Shown here in pieces: positions 49,880 through 62,250 of a stretch of 64,000 nucleotides of DNA. Both the position numbers and the translations under genes were made by a program. The notes beneath the pieces are model-generated. The model was given only the letters and a program-made list of their open reading frames with translations. It was not told where the DNA came from and did not search any database. Positions within the stretch are counted from its first letter, which is position 1, and each line of letters begins with the position of its first letter. Source of the DNA: Phoronis australis (taxonomy: Eukaryota > Animalia > Phoronida); contig NMRA01000059.1 in NCBI GenBank assembly GCA_002633005.1, forward strand, positions 361,883 through 425,882, written 5' to 3'.

Positions 49880-50088
49880 TTCACCCACGGGGTCCGTCTC
49901 AGTGAAACAAAAAGTCCAAGTAAAGGAGACAAAAGTCCACAAAACTCACGGGAAGTCGGCGCCAATGCACGGTGCTTAGGCCTGAACCTAGTGGCCCCGT
50001 TTTTTAGTCCTCGTGGATGTCTTTCAGTAAAAGGTCCGCATACCGAGAAATTCGACCCCCCTAAATTTTAGGCTGGATGCCCCCCATT
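49880..50088 (+). mobile_element. Partial copy of the dispersed MITE family
   Basis: Near-collinear with 8290-8473. Confidence 0.65.
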
Positions 50089-51094
50089 CTGCAGTGATCT
50101 TGGATCTCCTTCTACAGTGTTGTCTTTGTTGACATCATCAACAAAATTGGATAGTGCAGCACGCATCGTTTGGTAACTCAATCGATTGACGTGAGTTGCA
50201 CCTCCGCTGGTGGACCAGAGTGTTTTGAACAAGCTCTTTGGGGTGCACGGTAATTCTGGAACAATGCGTTTGCATTTGTGGGTTAATTGTGAGCAGAATT
50301 TACATCAAAGTTTGAATGATTCCAAAACTTCGTTCTTGTAACACATGAACTGACAGCGTGAATTCCTAGGTTTAACATTTGTCATATTCACCACCAGAAA
50401 AATAGCTTTGATACGTGCTTGCAGGCCTAGAGCTGTAAATTCGGATTCTATGACTGCGGTACCGTGTCTTAGACTCTTCGGCGAGTTGCTCTGCATCTGA
50501 TGTACTGACTCACTTCGTCGCGTTGTTCTCCGATGACGGGTGTTCTTGAGTCATTGGATTTCACGTATTTTAGCAAAGATCGTCTTGCAGGGTGTATTTT
50601 TCTCGAGCAGGACGACATCCTGCATTATTACAGTTTACTATTAAATGCAGCCCCGTGACAAATTTCACACAAACCGTCTAGTGACTACTTTTGTTGTGTG
50701 TCAATTAATTAAATGAATTCTGTGATATTATTTTTCAACTTTGTAAAGTTGTAGCATCAGCAGCACCAGCAGCATTGCAGCAGTAGTTGTTGTGGTAGTG
50801 GTAGTCGTACACTTTATTCACGTTAACACAAAAAATACAATTAATACAGATTAAAGCTTATTGAGACTCCGTGACGAACCCAAAGGGTCCGCTGACCACG
50901 GAGCCACCAGAGAAAAAATACAATGTTACAGATGATCAGAATTACAAAATTAGATGGTTACACACAAAGCAGTTGGGAATAGTGCACTCAAGTTCATAAC
51001 TTTCAAAACAAGCATTCTTAAAATAACTTAAAACATAACAGAAGATAACGATTTGAAATTTTTTTTGAGAAACTCTTACAGTGTTTACATTAGC

Positions 51095-51310
51095 ACGAGC
51101 AGCCTCATCACCAGCATCAACAGCAGCAAAAGTGACGGCAGCATGAGCAGCAGCAGCGGCGGCAGCAAGAGCAGCGACTGCGGAGGCGCCGACACGGCAC
51201 CAGCAGCAGCAGCAGAAGCAGCAGCGGCAGCAGCAGCGGCAGCAGCAGCGGCAGCGGCAGCAACAGCAGCTGCAGAAGCGTCATCAACATTATCAACAGC
51301 AGCAGCAATT
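51095..51310. repeat. CAG/CGG-rich trinucleotide repeat
   Basis: (cag)n and (cgg) runs. It produces the spurious poly-Ala and poly-Leu ORFs. Confidence 0.9.
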
Positions 51311-51524
51311 ACAAAGATACAGCTTTTTACTGCAGTTTCTACTTCTTTTGTTTCTGTTTGCCTACAACTACTAGTGTTACCGCTAAGACAAAGATCTACA
51401 ACAAGAATACTTATACAATTTTCCATAGCGTTTGGAAAACTTATACGTAGAAGGTAATAACCTGTTTAGGAAATTTGTTAGCCTCTGACACTTTTTGTCT
51501 TTGACAAGCAGTAGTTAAACAGCA

Positions 51525-52517
51525 CTACAATGCTTGTAACGGAATTTCTTTACAGTGTCGCCTACAAACAACACAGCATATAACTTTGGCAAGATCGCGT
51601 CGAAAACGTGAACTTCCAAGGCAGAAAAGAAAACAGTTGATGCTATGATTCAAGATCAATAACAAGTAAGACACTGGGGTGATTAAGTGAGCCTCATGCC
51701 ACAACGTGTCATAGAAGCCGCTTAAAAGAGTTATCGCATATGGAAGGTACAACGTAGTAAACGTCACAGACGCCAGCAGTAACATGACCGTTAGGTGGCG
51801 CTGTGTTTTCAGTGATCTTGAAGTGGCTTCCTGTCCGACAGTCAACGATAACCGCCGTCGTGTAGTTACTAGTGTGAGTAATATGATACAGAAGTTCATG
51901 AAAACCAAACTGCCGAGTGGAAACAAACAACGAAGAAAAGCTTCCATCGTGTTATAAGCCTTTGCTACGCCATCAGGTGGAGCGGAGTATGCCGGATAAA
52001 AGCAGTCCGTTCTGTTTACGGTATCGTTGTCGTCAATGTAGAGTACGTACGGTGTGCAGACGACAAGGGACAAGACGCTTATAGTCGAGACTACGACCAC
52101 CGCTTTTCTGACTGTAAAGAATGATCTTGCTCTTAAAGGCATGAATACAACGATGAAACGCTCGAACGTCATAACAACTAGTGTCCAGACAGAAGCATAG
52201 GAAAAAGCGTATGTAAACAATTCCAGTAGAGCACAAGAAAGATTTGTCCAATGAAACGCATAGAGTGTATGTTCCACTGTAGTTGCTAGAACCCAGAAAA
52301 CATCCATTACACAAATGAAGGAGAGATAAAACGAAGTTGAATGAGTCTTTGATGTCTTTTTCAATGTTATGACCGCTAACATGTTTCCAATAACAGCCAC
52401 AAGAAGTATAATATATTGACCGTGATATATAATAGTAGAAATAACTCCATATGCTTCTGCTATGTCAGTGATAACCTCAGTAGAATTCCTTATCCAATCT
52501 TCGCCATACAAAAGCAT
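51525..52517 (-). CDS. Intronless class A GPCR, paralog 2
   Basis: 330 aa, same 7TM motifs, closely similar to paralog 1. Confidence 0.92.
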   Translation of the reverse strand: MLLYGEDWIRNSTEVITDIAEAYGVISTIIYHGQYIILLVAVIGNMLAVITLKKTSKTHSTSFYLSFICVMDVFWVLATTVEHTLYAFHWTNLSCALLELFTYAFSYASVWTLVVMTFERFIVVFMPLRARSFFTVRKAVVVVSTISVLSLVVCTPYVLYIDDNDTVNRTDCFYPAYSAPPDGVAKAYNTMEAFLRCLFPLGSLVFMNFCIILLTLVTTRRRLSLTVGQEATSRSLKTQRHLTVMLLLASVTFTTLYLPYAITLLSGFYDTLWHEAHLITPVSYLLLILNHSINCFLFCLGSSRFRRDLAKVICCVVCRRHCKEIPLQAL

Positions 52518-53012
52518 TTTCCCGTTTAAACCGACGACTAACTAAAACGACGTTTCTGAGAGGCGTATGGCTACACAACCGGAGTTTTGCTAGTGTTGCT
52601 TTTCAATGCTTCATGTATTTGTCTTCCATTAGTCCACAGTTTTACTAAAGAGCACTTACGTTCCAGGAAAATGTCAAGTGAAGCAAGCGGAAATACAAAA
52701 GTAAACAAAACCATGTTCGAACAGTTCACAATACATATGAAAATCATTACAAGGCAGTGAACAACCGGTTTTTCTAGCCATACGCAGGGGTAAAGACACA
52801 AACACAAATAAGATGTAAGTGTGAAATTTCACGGTTTTGTGTAAAGAACTCATTAGAATACATTGTTGCTATTGGACAAACAACTCTGACGTCATATTGT
52901 TGCTCCACGTTGTAACGGCAACTCATTCATCAACCGTACGGAACATCACAACTTTAACTGCAACAGCACAATTCTTGCCCTTTGCATTTCTTCAGTGTTC
53001 ATAATTCAGTGG

Positions 53013-53984
53013 TCACTGTGGATTGTTCTGTCGTCTGCACATTCCATGACACACAACCCGAGCGAGATCTTTTCGAAACCGTGAACTTCCCAAACAAAGA
53101 AGGAGACAGTTAGTGCTGTGACTCAAGTTAATAAGCAAGTAAGCCACCGACCTCAGTGACTTCAGTTGTAGCCAATCGTAGTCAATTACAAACCCGAAAA
53201 TAGTTATCGTGTATGGTAGATAAAATACCGTTTGTGTAACAGACACTAACAGTAACATAGCTGTGAGCTGGCGCTGTGTTTTAATTATTCGTGAAGTAGC
53301 GGCCAGCTCCGAAGAATTCGATAGCGTCAACCGTCTCCTTGTAGCTTTCAGTGTTATTGCTATCATTACGACATTCATGATAACGAGGCTCAAAACTGGT
53401 ATCAAAGTGCACAGAAATGCCTCAAAGTGGTTGTAAGCCATTGCCACGGCAACAGGTGAAGTGAAATGAGGCGGACGCAAGCAAGACGTCCTGTTTTCGT
53501 TATTGCTCTCGTCAACGTAAAGAAGGTACGGAGTACATATCACCAATGCCAAGATGGTAATGCTTAAAGCTACGGCCACCGCTTTTCTTACGGTGAACAC
53601 GGATCTTGCTCTTAATGGGATGATCACAACGATTAAGCGCTCTGACGTCATAACAACAAGTGTCCAAGCAGATGCATATGACAAAGCATATTTGAAAAAG
53701 TCAAATAAAGCACAAGACATATTTGTCGAGATTAGTGGGAGGAACGAATACTGTAGTGTAGCAGTAAGAACGTAAAACATATCAAATAAAGAGACGATGG
53801 ACAAATAACACGAAGTTGAATGAGTCTTTGATGAACTTTTCAATGCCGCAACCGTTAAAGTGTTTCCAATAATTGCCAACAGAACTAAAGCGAACTGGGT
53901 TATTTTTGTGAACTCTGATCCAGCCACCACCTCATCCGTAACATTTCCATTAACTGACGTAAGCGGATCATCTTGGTAAAGCAT
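53013..53984 (-). CDS. Intronless class A GPCR, paralog 3 (more divergent)
   Basis: 323 aa, GN, ERL, YLP, HSTNCLLLCLGSSRFR. Confidence 0.92.
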   Translation of the reverse strand: MLYQDDPLTSVNGNVTDEVVAGSEFTKITQFALVLLAIIGNTLTVAALKSSSKTHSTSCYLSIVSLFDMFYVLTATLQYSFLPLISTNMSCALFDFFKYALSYASAWTLVVMTSERLIVVIIPLRARSVFTVRKAVAVALSITILALVICTPYLLYVDESNNENRTSCLRPPHFTSPVAVAMAYNHFEAFLCTLIPVLSLVIMNVVMIAITLKATRRRLTLSNSSELAATSRIIKTQRQLTAMLLLVSVTQTVFYLPYTITIFGFVIDYDWLQLKSLRSVAYLLINLSHSTNCLLLCLGSSRFRKDLARVVCHGMCRRQNNPQ

Positions 53985-54649
53985 CTTTAAGCTTGTACTT
54001 GAACTTCTTTCCCCAAGCGATTATTGTACAGTAGTCTACGCCTGAATATGTAGGTATACTTCACACGAAACATTTCTCCTACTAATCAAAGGAATTAGAC
54101 TCAGCACTAAGTACGAACTTCGCAATAAATGTCAAGTGAAGCGGACAGTGGACCAAAGTAAACATTCGTTTAACTAAGGATGTGAATGTACACCAACTTA
54201 ATGGAATAATGACAGAAAGACCTTTGGGAGCAATTTGTTCAATATACGTAATTCGACACTGATGTCTCATGGGGAACTAAAACCTGCGCGTGATATAATG
54301 TTCTTCTGTAGAGCGCAAACGCAATCAATGATCGTGCGCGTGTGATCTTGGTTGCTGTATGGAGGGGGGGGGGCACCTCAATTTTCCCGTAGCCGTAAGA
54401 AGGTTAAAAATAAATAGCTTTTTTAAACTTCCACATCCTTGAGAAACCGCACTATATCAAAAGTAACACTTGGAAAGTTGGGAGTGTTTGTGCATGTAAT
54501 AGTGTTTGGAAATGACGCAAACCATGTCAGTGTGAAAATATCACAAAGCCTAGAAGATATCAATCGTTTGCCCAGATTTTGCAGAGACTGATAGAAAGTA
54601 AATCGGAGAAGCATAAAACTTTTGACAACATATTCGCGTTTCAAAAAAT

Positions 54650-57109
54650 TTTCAGAGAATACACATGGGATATAATTTTGACAAAATCCCGTTGAAAACG
54701 TGAACTTCCGAGGCAAAATAGAAAACAATTGATGTTATAATTGATAACAGATAAGCCACTAGGATGATTGGGTGAGCCTTACTCTTAAAGGAGCATGCCA
54801 CCCAAAAAACAACCTAATTTGTATCAATTCAGATCGAGTAGTTCTACTCCATAACGACACGTACGGTTGCGTTACCTGACACCTGACGGCAGACGGAGGT
54901 GTTGAAATTAACCAATGACGTCATCGGTTTCACACGCAGCCTGTTCAGCAGTTCACACAACACGGGTTACTGGTGTCATCTTATCGCTTGAAGTCATCGT
55001 TTAACACCAATAAATCATCAAACTTCTATGTAAAACCCTTAAAAATACACCGAGTTCTTATAAAAACGTGTTGTTTTATTGCACTCTTACGGATTTATTG
55101 GTATTTGGACACAACGTAGCCTACAAAGTTCGGCAGGCCAATAAGGTCCGTAGCAGGAGTTTGGAGTCTGTTCGGAGATAATTTCGAAGTATTATCCGTG
55201 AGATACAGACAGGAGAACCTAGATCTGTGTTGTTTAGACTTGTGATATTTTGAGCTCTAAACACAAAACGCTTGTTAGCCTGGCCAGTGGCTCGGAGCCC
55301 GATCAGGCCCGTCGCGGCCGGCAGGATTGACTGCGTTGATCCCCGCCAGTGGCTCGGAAACTGATCAGACATCACGAACATAAACCAGCCAAAGTTCAGT
55401 GGAAACTAAACTTCTAGTCAAGAAAATACTGTACTAGTGAGCCAAAATAATGTGCACCTGATTATGTTGGTGAATTAGCCACACAACTGCAAATCTACTT
55501 ACTCGTCGGGGGCCGCGAATTCAGGTTCCGGAACTTACATTCATAATCATTATTTGATTAATGTAAATGTAAATAAAGATTCCCCTAACATCTGGCCGTG
55601 AGATGGAAATCGAGTTGTTTCACAACAGTTTCTGCCAGCAAACACTTAATTAGCATGAGCTCAGACGGCCTAGGTGTCCCGTCAATTAGTTTTATTGCAC
55701 CTACTAAAGCCGGTCACGCAGTGATTTATTCATTGCTGGCTTCTCAAATCATTTTGCACTCACGAACACACCAAAGGCATTACAAATTGCATTTAATGAG
55801 ACAGACTTTGTTTCAGTTTTATATACGTATTGGTTAGGGTGAGAATAATTCATTTTGAAACAGAACGCTCAGTAATAAACGCCAACATGACAACTCGCAA
55901 TCCCGACTTAGGACGAGCTAGAGCTCATGAGTCCCGACTTCGCAGGTGGATCGTCAAGTTTTACAGGCTGTCAATTCCAACAGGAATACAGTAATGAAGA
56001 AATACTAGAGAGGCGCCGTGAACAAGCTCAGACAACGGAACGTATGGATTTACTTGGTAAGCCGGCATTCGTCAGGCACTATCGACGTCTGCAGGCCAGA
56101 CAGACACGGAGATGTTTCACGGCCTCATACTTGCTATTTACAGCGTACATTTCATTCTTTACTACCATGAGCCACTTCCGAAGCATTTGGGACTCTCGAG
56201 GAAGTAAAAAACGATATACCCGCTTTCCTCGCAGCTGCTTAGTTCGGACAAGTGGGAACGATGCACCGCAACATAGCGGCATTCACTCTGCATATGAACC
56301 ACTGACGTCGCTAGCGTCGTTTCTCACCTTCCTCACAGGTTAACGCGACACCTCTTGGCAAGGTAAGGTCGACCGTATGCGAGGCGCTGTGGATATAGAA
56401 CGATTAAGACGGCAAAAAAAAACTAATTAAATCGGGTGGCATTCTCCTTTAAACGTGCCATAGAAGCCGCTGAAAAGAGCAATCGCGTATGGAAGATATA
56501 ACGTCGTAAACGTGACGGATGCTAGCAGTAATATAAGCGTTAGATGGCGCTGTGTTTTCAGTGATCGTGAAGTTGCTTCCTGCACGACTGTCAGCGATAA
56601 CCGCCGTCTGGTATTTACTAGTGTTAGTAATATGATACTGGCGTTCACGAGAACCAAAGTACCGAGTGGGATCAAACAACGCAGGAAAGCTTCCACGGTA
56701 TTACAGGTCTTCGCCACCGCAGCTGGTGAAGCGGAGTACGCGGGATAATAGCAGTGCGTTCTGTTTTCGGGACTGGTGTCTTTAATGTAGAGTACGTATG
56801 GTGTGACAAACGACAAGACGCTTATAGTCGAGACTACGTCCATCGCTTTCCTAACGGTAAACCATGATCTTGCTCTTAAAAGCATGGCCACAACGATGAA
56901 ACGCTCGAACGTCATAACAAGCAGTGCTCAAACAGAAGCATACGAAAAAGCGTCTTTTTCAATATTATAACCGCTAAAGTGTTTCCAATAACACCCAACA
57001 GAACTACAAGAAATTGAACATAATACACAACAACATATACGTATGCATCTGTTGCGCTTGTGTTCACTTCACTAGAGTTGCTCATTTTGTCGTCGCTATA
57101 CATAAGCAT
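54650..57109 (-). pseudogene. GPCR paralog 4 pseudogene, split by Kolobok copy 4
   Basis: 5' part 57109-56453 has a frameshifting deletion of about 145 nt (TM2 to TM3) near 56955. The TM7/helix 8 remnant lies at about 54650-54788 on the far side of the transposon. Confidence 0.9.
54789..56448 (-). mobile_element. Non-autonomous Kolobok DNA transposon, copy 4
   Basis: TTAA at 54785-88 and 56449-52, same TIRs as copy 3, THAP remnant 56079..56282. Confidence 0.9.
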
Positions 57110-60100
57110 ATTCCTGTTTCAAACTACGCCTAACCAAAACGTGCAAAACCGGCGGTGGTTGTGACGTTTGTGGCTATATCACCAGAAAATGTCTATTTTT
57201 CATTAATTTGCCTGTTTATCTTCCTTTAATCTACTTTTGAAAACAAAGCACCTACACGATAATTTCAAATGAATCGGACGGAAGCGCAAAGTAAACACTT
57301 TGAAGACACAAATGTTGCGTAGATCAATCTTCCCTAAGAGGCGCTGTTCTGTTGAATTTTGAAAACTGAAATTGCGCTTACTGCACATGGAACCGTGTGC
57401 AGGTTTCCTATTTAATTTTCAATTCAAATTTGAACTTTGAAAGATGGAAAATTGTCTCAAAATTCGAGATCGTAGTTTCAACCTGAAATTGAGAAAATGA
57501 ATGTTGATTCCGTATTTAATAGCATTTGGACAACCTATACGTTGGAGCTAATAAACTGATTGGCAAATTGTGACACTTTTTGTCTTTGCAGGGGTGTGAA
57601 ACGTTCTCCAGCAGTTGCGGATATGTCAGTCAGTCGAAGACGCCATGCTTGCGAATTCCATTGTTTTGAAACGATCACTTGGACGAGTCTTGTTTTGACG
57701 AGAGTAACCTGCACCGCTTTGAGTTTCGCCTTTCGACAGCACACGTTTAAAATAACTATAAACGATTTTTTTATAGAAAGAGTGAGTTAATTACCTACGT
57801 TTAAGTTCTAGTTCGGCCTTGGGACGCGCTTCATTTTATCGCGTTTGCTTCATGTTTCCGTTTGGCCCCGGCAGGACGTGGAATAACTTAGCATTTTAGC
57901 AAAGGCTGTGACGATTTTCTCAGTTTGTGGGTAATAGTTTGAAAGTAAGGTGCGTTTTTGTCAAGTTACTGTCTTTAAATGCTTAGAATACATTGTGTTT
58001 GTAATGGAAGCCTTTGATATAATTCGACTGAACTATGACCTATATACGGGAAACTAGGTAACGGGGCGAAATCGCTGACTTTAACTGGTATATGTATGGA
58101 CGCTAGTGCTTAAAAACGAATATGCAACGTGAGGTAAAGAAATATCGAGAGTAGCTGTTGCAGGTGTGCTATTTGTTGTTAAATAAACAAAAACCTCTTT
58201 TTGTCACTACCCAAAGGCTACACAGAATAACTTACCCAACTTACATGAGACCACAGACTATTGGTATTGACTGCCAACTCCCGTCGGAGCGCGTTGAGCA
58301 TGTTGCGGACCAAGGTGCATGAGCACTGACGCTAAGAGGGCGCTGCACACGCAGGATAGAAAACTTCCGGTTTTACGGAGCGGCCGTTCACTCGATTCAA
58401 GATTTGGTTAAGCAAATAGTCAAATTGCTCAATTTTTGAAGTGTTTAAGACTTGTAGAAATAAAATGCGTATATTGTTCTCCGTCATGTCATTTAAAAAC
58501 GTTCATAAGATAATTCAGCCATGCTATGAGTAATTAGCGTCAGAAACGTCTTCAGCTGATCTCCCAGTGTTTACAAGTTCATACGCATCAGCTGATTATT
58601 TTATGCAAGTAGAATTAGTGTTTGTTTAAATTCAGTACCGTACGAATCAACTCATAAAAATAAACACAAGTATTAACCAATAAAAATGAATTAGTAGCAA
58701 TGTTTAACAATAAATATTTGTGTGATTACGCAGCTTTGTTCCAGGGGGAAGGGCCAAAGGCTAACAATGAGATATCATTAGCAGAACCTGAGTCATGGTC
58801 GGCGCACCACAGGGGACTGGAGGGTATAGCCCTACTTTTTTCAGTGCTGCGCCGTCCATTTTCTATGGGCGGTGCACAACAAAGGGCGGGGGGCCTATAG
58901 CCCCACTTTTTCAGTGCAGCGCCGCCCATGTGAGTGTCAAAATTTGCTGTCACTATTACAATAGGCCAATAGTACATTGTAACGCAACTTCTAAACATAG
59001 TTATGATTATGCAAAATTGGTTCAATGCGAACTTTGTTAGCAACTGACCAAGAGACATGATAAAACGTCACTAGGTATTTCTAAAAATAATTGTTTAATT
59101 CTCAAGTGGTAATAAAATGAGGCAGTAATACCACCACTGAGCTGAAGCTAGTAAACAGCAGGTGTGAAATACTGCAAAGATTGAAAAATGGAGGAGGAGG
59201 CGTAACAGGACTGTCGTGCTAACAAATGCAGCGTGACCCTGTTTGTCATTCATTTAAAACAAATGCAGCGTGACCCTGTTTGCCATTCATTTAAAACAGG
59301 TTCCTCGAATGCTTCCAAAAGGGACTTCAATACTTTCAATCGCAACACATTGTGCTTTACATACCGAATTGACCATGTTCTCCAGTTTCTTGAAGAGTGA
59401 TACTTGTGATTATGAAGGTAGGCATGCTCATTAAGACTTAATGTTCATTTCTCTCTTTCAGGGTCTGAACATGCACTTAATGTAAAGGATAGGTTGTAAA
59501 TATCACAAGTAGAATAACTGTAAAGTAATATGGAACTAAGCGCTTTATCTGCAGTGTGATTTTGCGAAAATGAGCTCTGACCCCAGGTTGTTTAAAAAAA
59601 TCAGCTAATTTTCAGTATCACACTGAACGTGAATATTCACTTGCCACTATAGAATCAGTTCCAATATTGAGTACCGGAAAGATAACCTGCGATTGAACTG
59701 AAGAAGTCAAAATTAGGAAAGGTCTTTTGACTTCTTCAGTTAAAACTGTTATTTTCTTTAGGGTTTTGTGACTGAAGTGTTGGACGCCAGCAGATATTCA
59801 ATGTCCGCAAGAAAATTTGTATACTACATTTTTTTAAAATACGTTTTTTGGACTTTATACACAGTGAAGGGAATGCAGTTTTAAGTGTTATAACTTTGCC
59901 TGCATAAGAAAAACAGTTATATAATAACAAGAAGTAAGACCACCAACTCAAACAAAATACCACAAAATTTGAAATCAGAGAACACGAGAGGGAAAGACTA
60001 GAATACTTAAATTTTCCTCAGGTATTGATAGGTGTTCTGTGAGCCATATTTTTAGTGGTTATCAGATATTTTACATGTACTCTGATTGAAATTTTATGCT

Positions 60101-62146
60101 GGCAATGTGGTGGAGATCCAGGAAAGAAATTACCTCCTGGACATCTGTCTTGGCTATTTTCTACGTGAGACACACAGTTGCTCATGTGTAAGAAAGAATA
60201 ACGATGCACTGTTTGTTACCTTTGACCATAAAGCATCCATTTCTGTTAAAGCGTAATAGTTTGTCAGAGTGAAATTTACCCTTGTTACCAACCGACTTTG
60301 TTTTCGAAACGACACCAAATCCCGTGATGACAAGACATTTTTTATTTTCCCAGTTCCCATGAGTAAGTAACAGGGGTCTGGGATTCCCCTGCCTTACTTT
60401 ACAATCATTAAGGGAAAACTGGAAACACAAATATACTGTGGAATTGATTTTACAATGACAAACAGGAAAAAACAACAATATTACATAAAGTGATGTATAC
60501 ATTTCTGAAAAAGGAATACAAAACCATCCTTTGCATACCATTTTTTCCAAAATAGAGTTTCTCAACCAATCTTTATATTGTAGAATTTTCTCTTCATCTA
60601 TCTTACTTGAGAATTCATACTGGAAAGCCTATAGCTTGAGCATCAGAATATTGCACTTACAAAATTTCCACATTTAAAGCAACCCAATGTTTAACAAGCC
60701 AGGGCAATTTCATCAATGGTTTGCACTGTTTTGCAAGAGGAAAAACTTTGACAAGGCAGCAAACTTAACATTGTCTCATACTTATACTTAAAAAAAANTA
60801 TAGGTACCTCAAAATTGAACAAAGATGCACCTTACTACGAATGCCCCGTTTCCCATGTTCAACCGGTTACCCCTCAAAAATGGGCAAGCATGCCTGCGGA
60901 AATTGCTTACAACATTCCGTTTTAATAAACAAATTCGTTGGTTTCTGATATACATGTTTATGTATCTAGGAAAATCGACTGATTGATAGATAATTTTTGA
61001 CAATTAGAAGCTAATCGTGTAAGAAATGGCATTGCTTCACTGAACTTAGTTGCAAGCTGACCGTGATTGGGAAATTTCGATCTATCATCATATCCTCAAC
61101 TAGCAAAGTAGGCTATACTAAACGATATTTGTCTAATTTGTACGTCTCAAGAATACTGAGGAATGTCGGACAGCTGTACTTAAAGTTTACAAAAATGTTC
61201 TGACAATTCAAATGGCTATAAAATGTTTATTGACTTATAGGGACTACATCATTCAGTGGTTTAAATTCACAGACCGTCGATCGAAAAAGAAGTTAGTCCT
61301 TAAATAAATAAAATCGAACTCATTGCTTATTAACTTGGAAAAGTCATCTTTGCACTTGATGTTTTTTTAATTTCTGTAGCATTGGGCAATGAATGTTTGT
61401 TCTTCAAAATTGAACCGTTGGCTTGCCATTTCCGTGCATACTACACACAGACGAAGCGCGTCGTGACTGACGCACCCCCGTTAAAAATAAGATGTGTTAC
61501 CATGCAGTAGGCCCGCGCAGAATCTGAGTTATCCACGGGAACTGAATTTGAGCTCCAAGCGTTGAAGTGTGTACATTTTGGGACGTAATCTTTATCATTT
61601 ACCACAGCTACCAGAAAAGGGACTACGGGTCGTGTTTCAACAACGAATTTGAAACAGCCGAAAGGCAATATACTAGGGACCTCGATCGGGACTTCACATT
61701 TTCAAAAAAATCCTTTAAAGATATACGATCTTTTCCCGAAACTGGGTCATATTAAAACAGTGGCAGCGCAGACGGATATAGGTAGGAGCTCATGCCTGTC
61801 TCAATTGGCCCACAGGCTCACAGCCCAAATAACAGCACGCGCGTGCTCTGGCCCTTTGGCCTCATCCTCACTCTCCATAAAATTTTAATTGTTGAAACAC
61901 GTGGCTCAATTTCTGATCAGTGGCTGCCTCCCCGGCCGGTTTTACTCACAAACTTGGCGACAAAGAGAGGATACAGGGGTAGGTGATGGTGGTAGCGAAG
62001 TCTAATTGGTTTGTGCCCCCTCCCAATTTCGTCTTGTGTACAAATGATCCAGAAAGTTTCACACAATACGGTCAAAGATTTTGTAATTACTACACACGCC
62101 AAATTGTGACCTTGCAAGGGGTTAAGTTGATATAAACACAGATGTC

Positions 62147-62250
62147 AACAAGAGCAAAGAGAAGCGTTGAAATGCGCCCACGATAGCACTGCAAAAGGTG
62201 TGCTTCAATGAGTATTTTTAGTTTATAAGAATGTCCATTAGATGCCGCAG
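62147..62250 (-). mobile_element. Terminal fragment of the same Helentron-type element
   Basis: aacaagagcaa...gttgaaatgcgcccacg matches 37217-37320. Confidence 0.7.

Noticed and set aside
51053-51457. Poly-Ala and poly-Leu ORFs
   Set aside because: Products of a trinucleotide repeat, with no splice or domain evidence
59180-60200. hAT-like HCALH word and several splice-like sites
   Set aside because: A single short motif and no coherent reading frame
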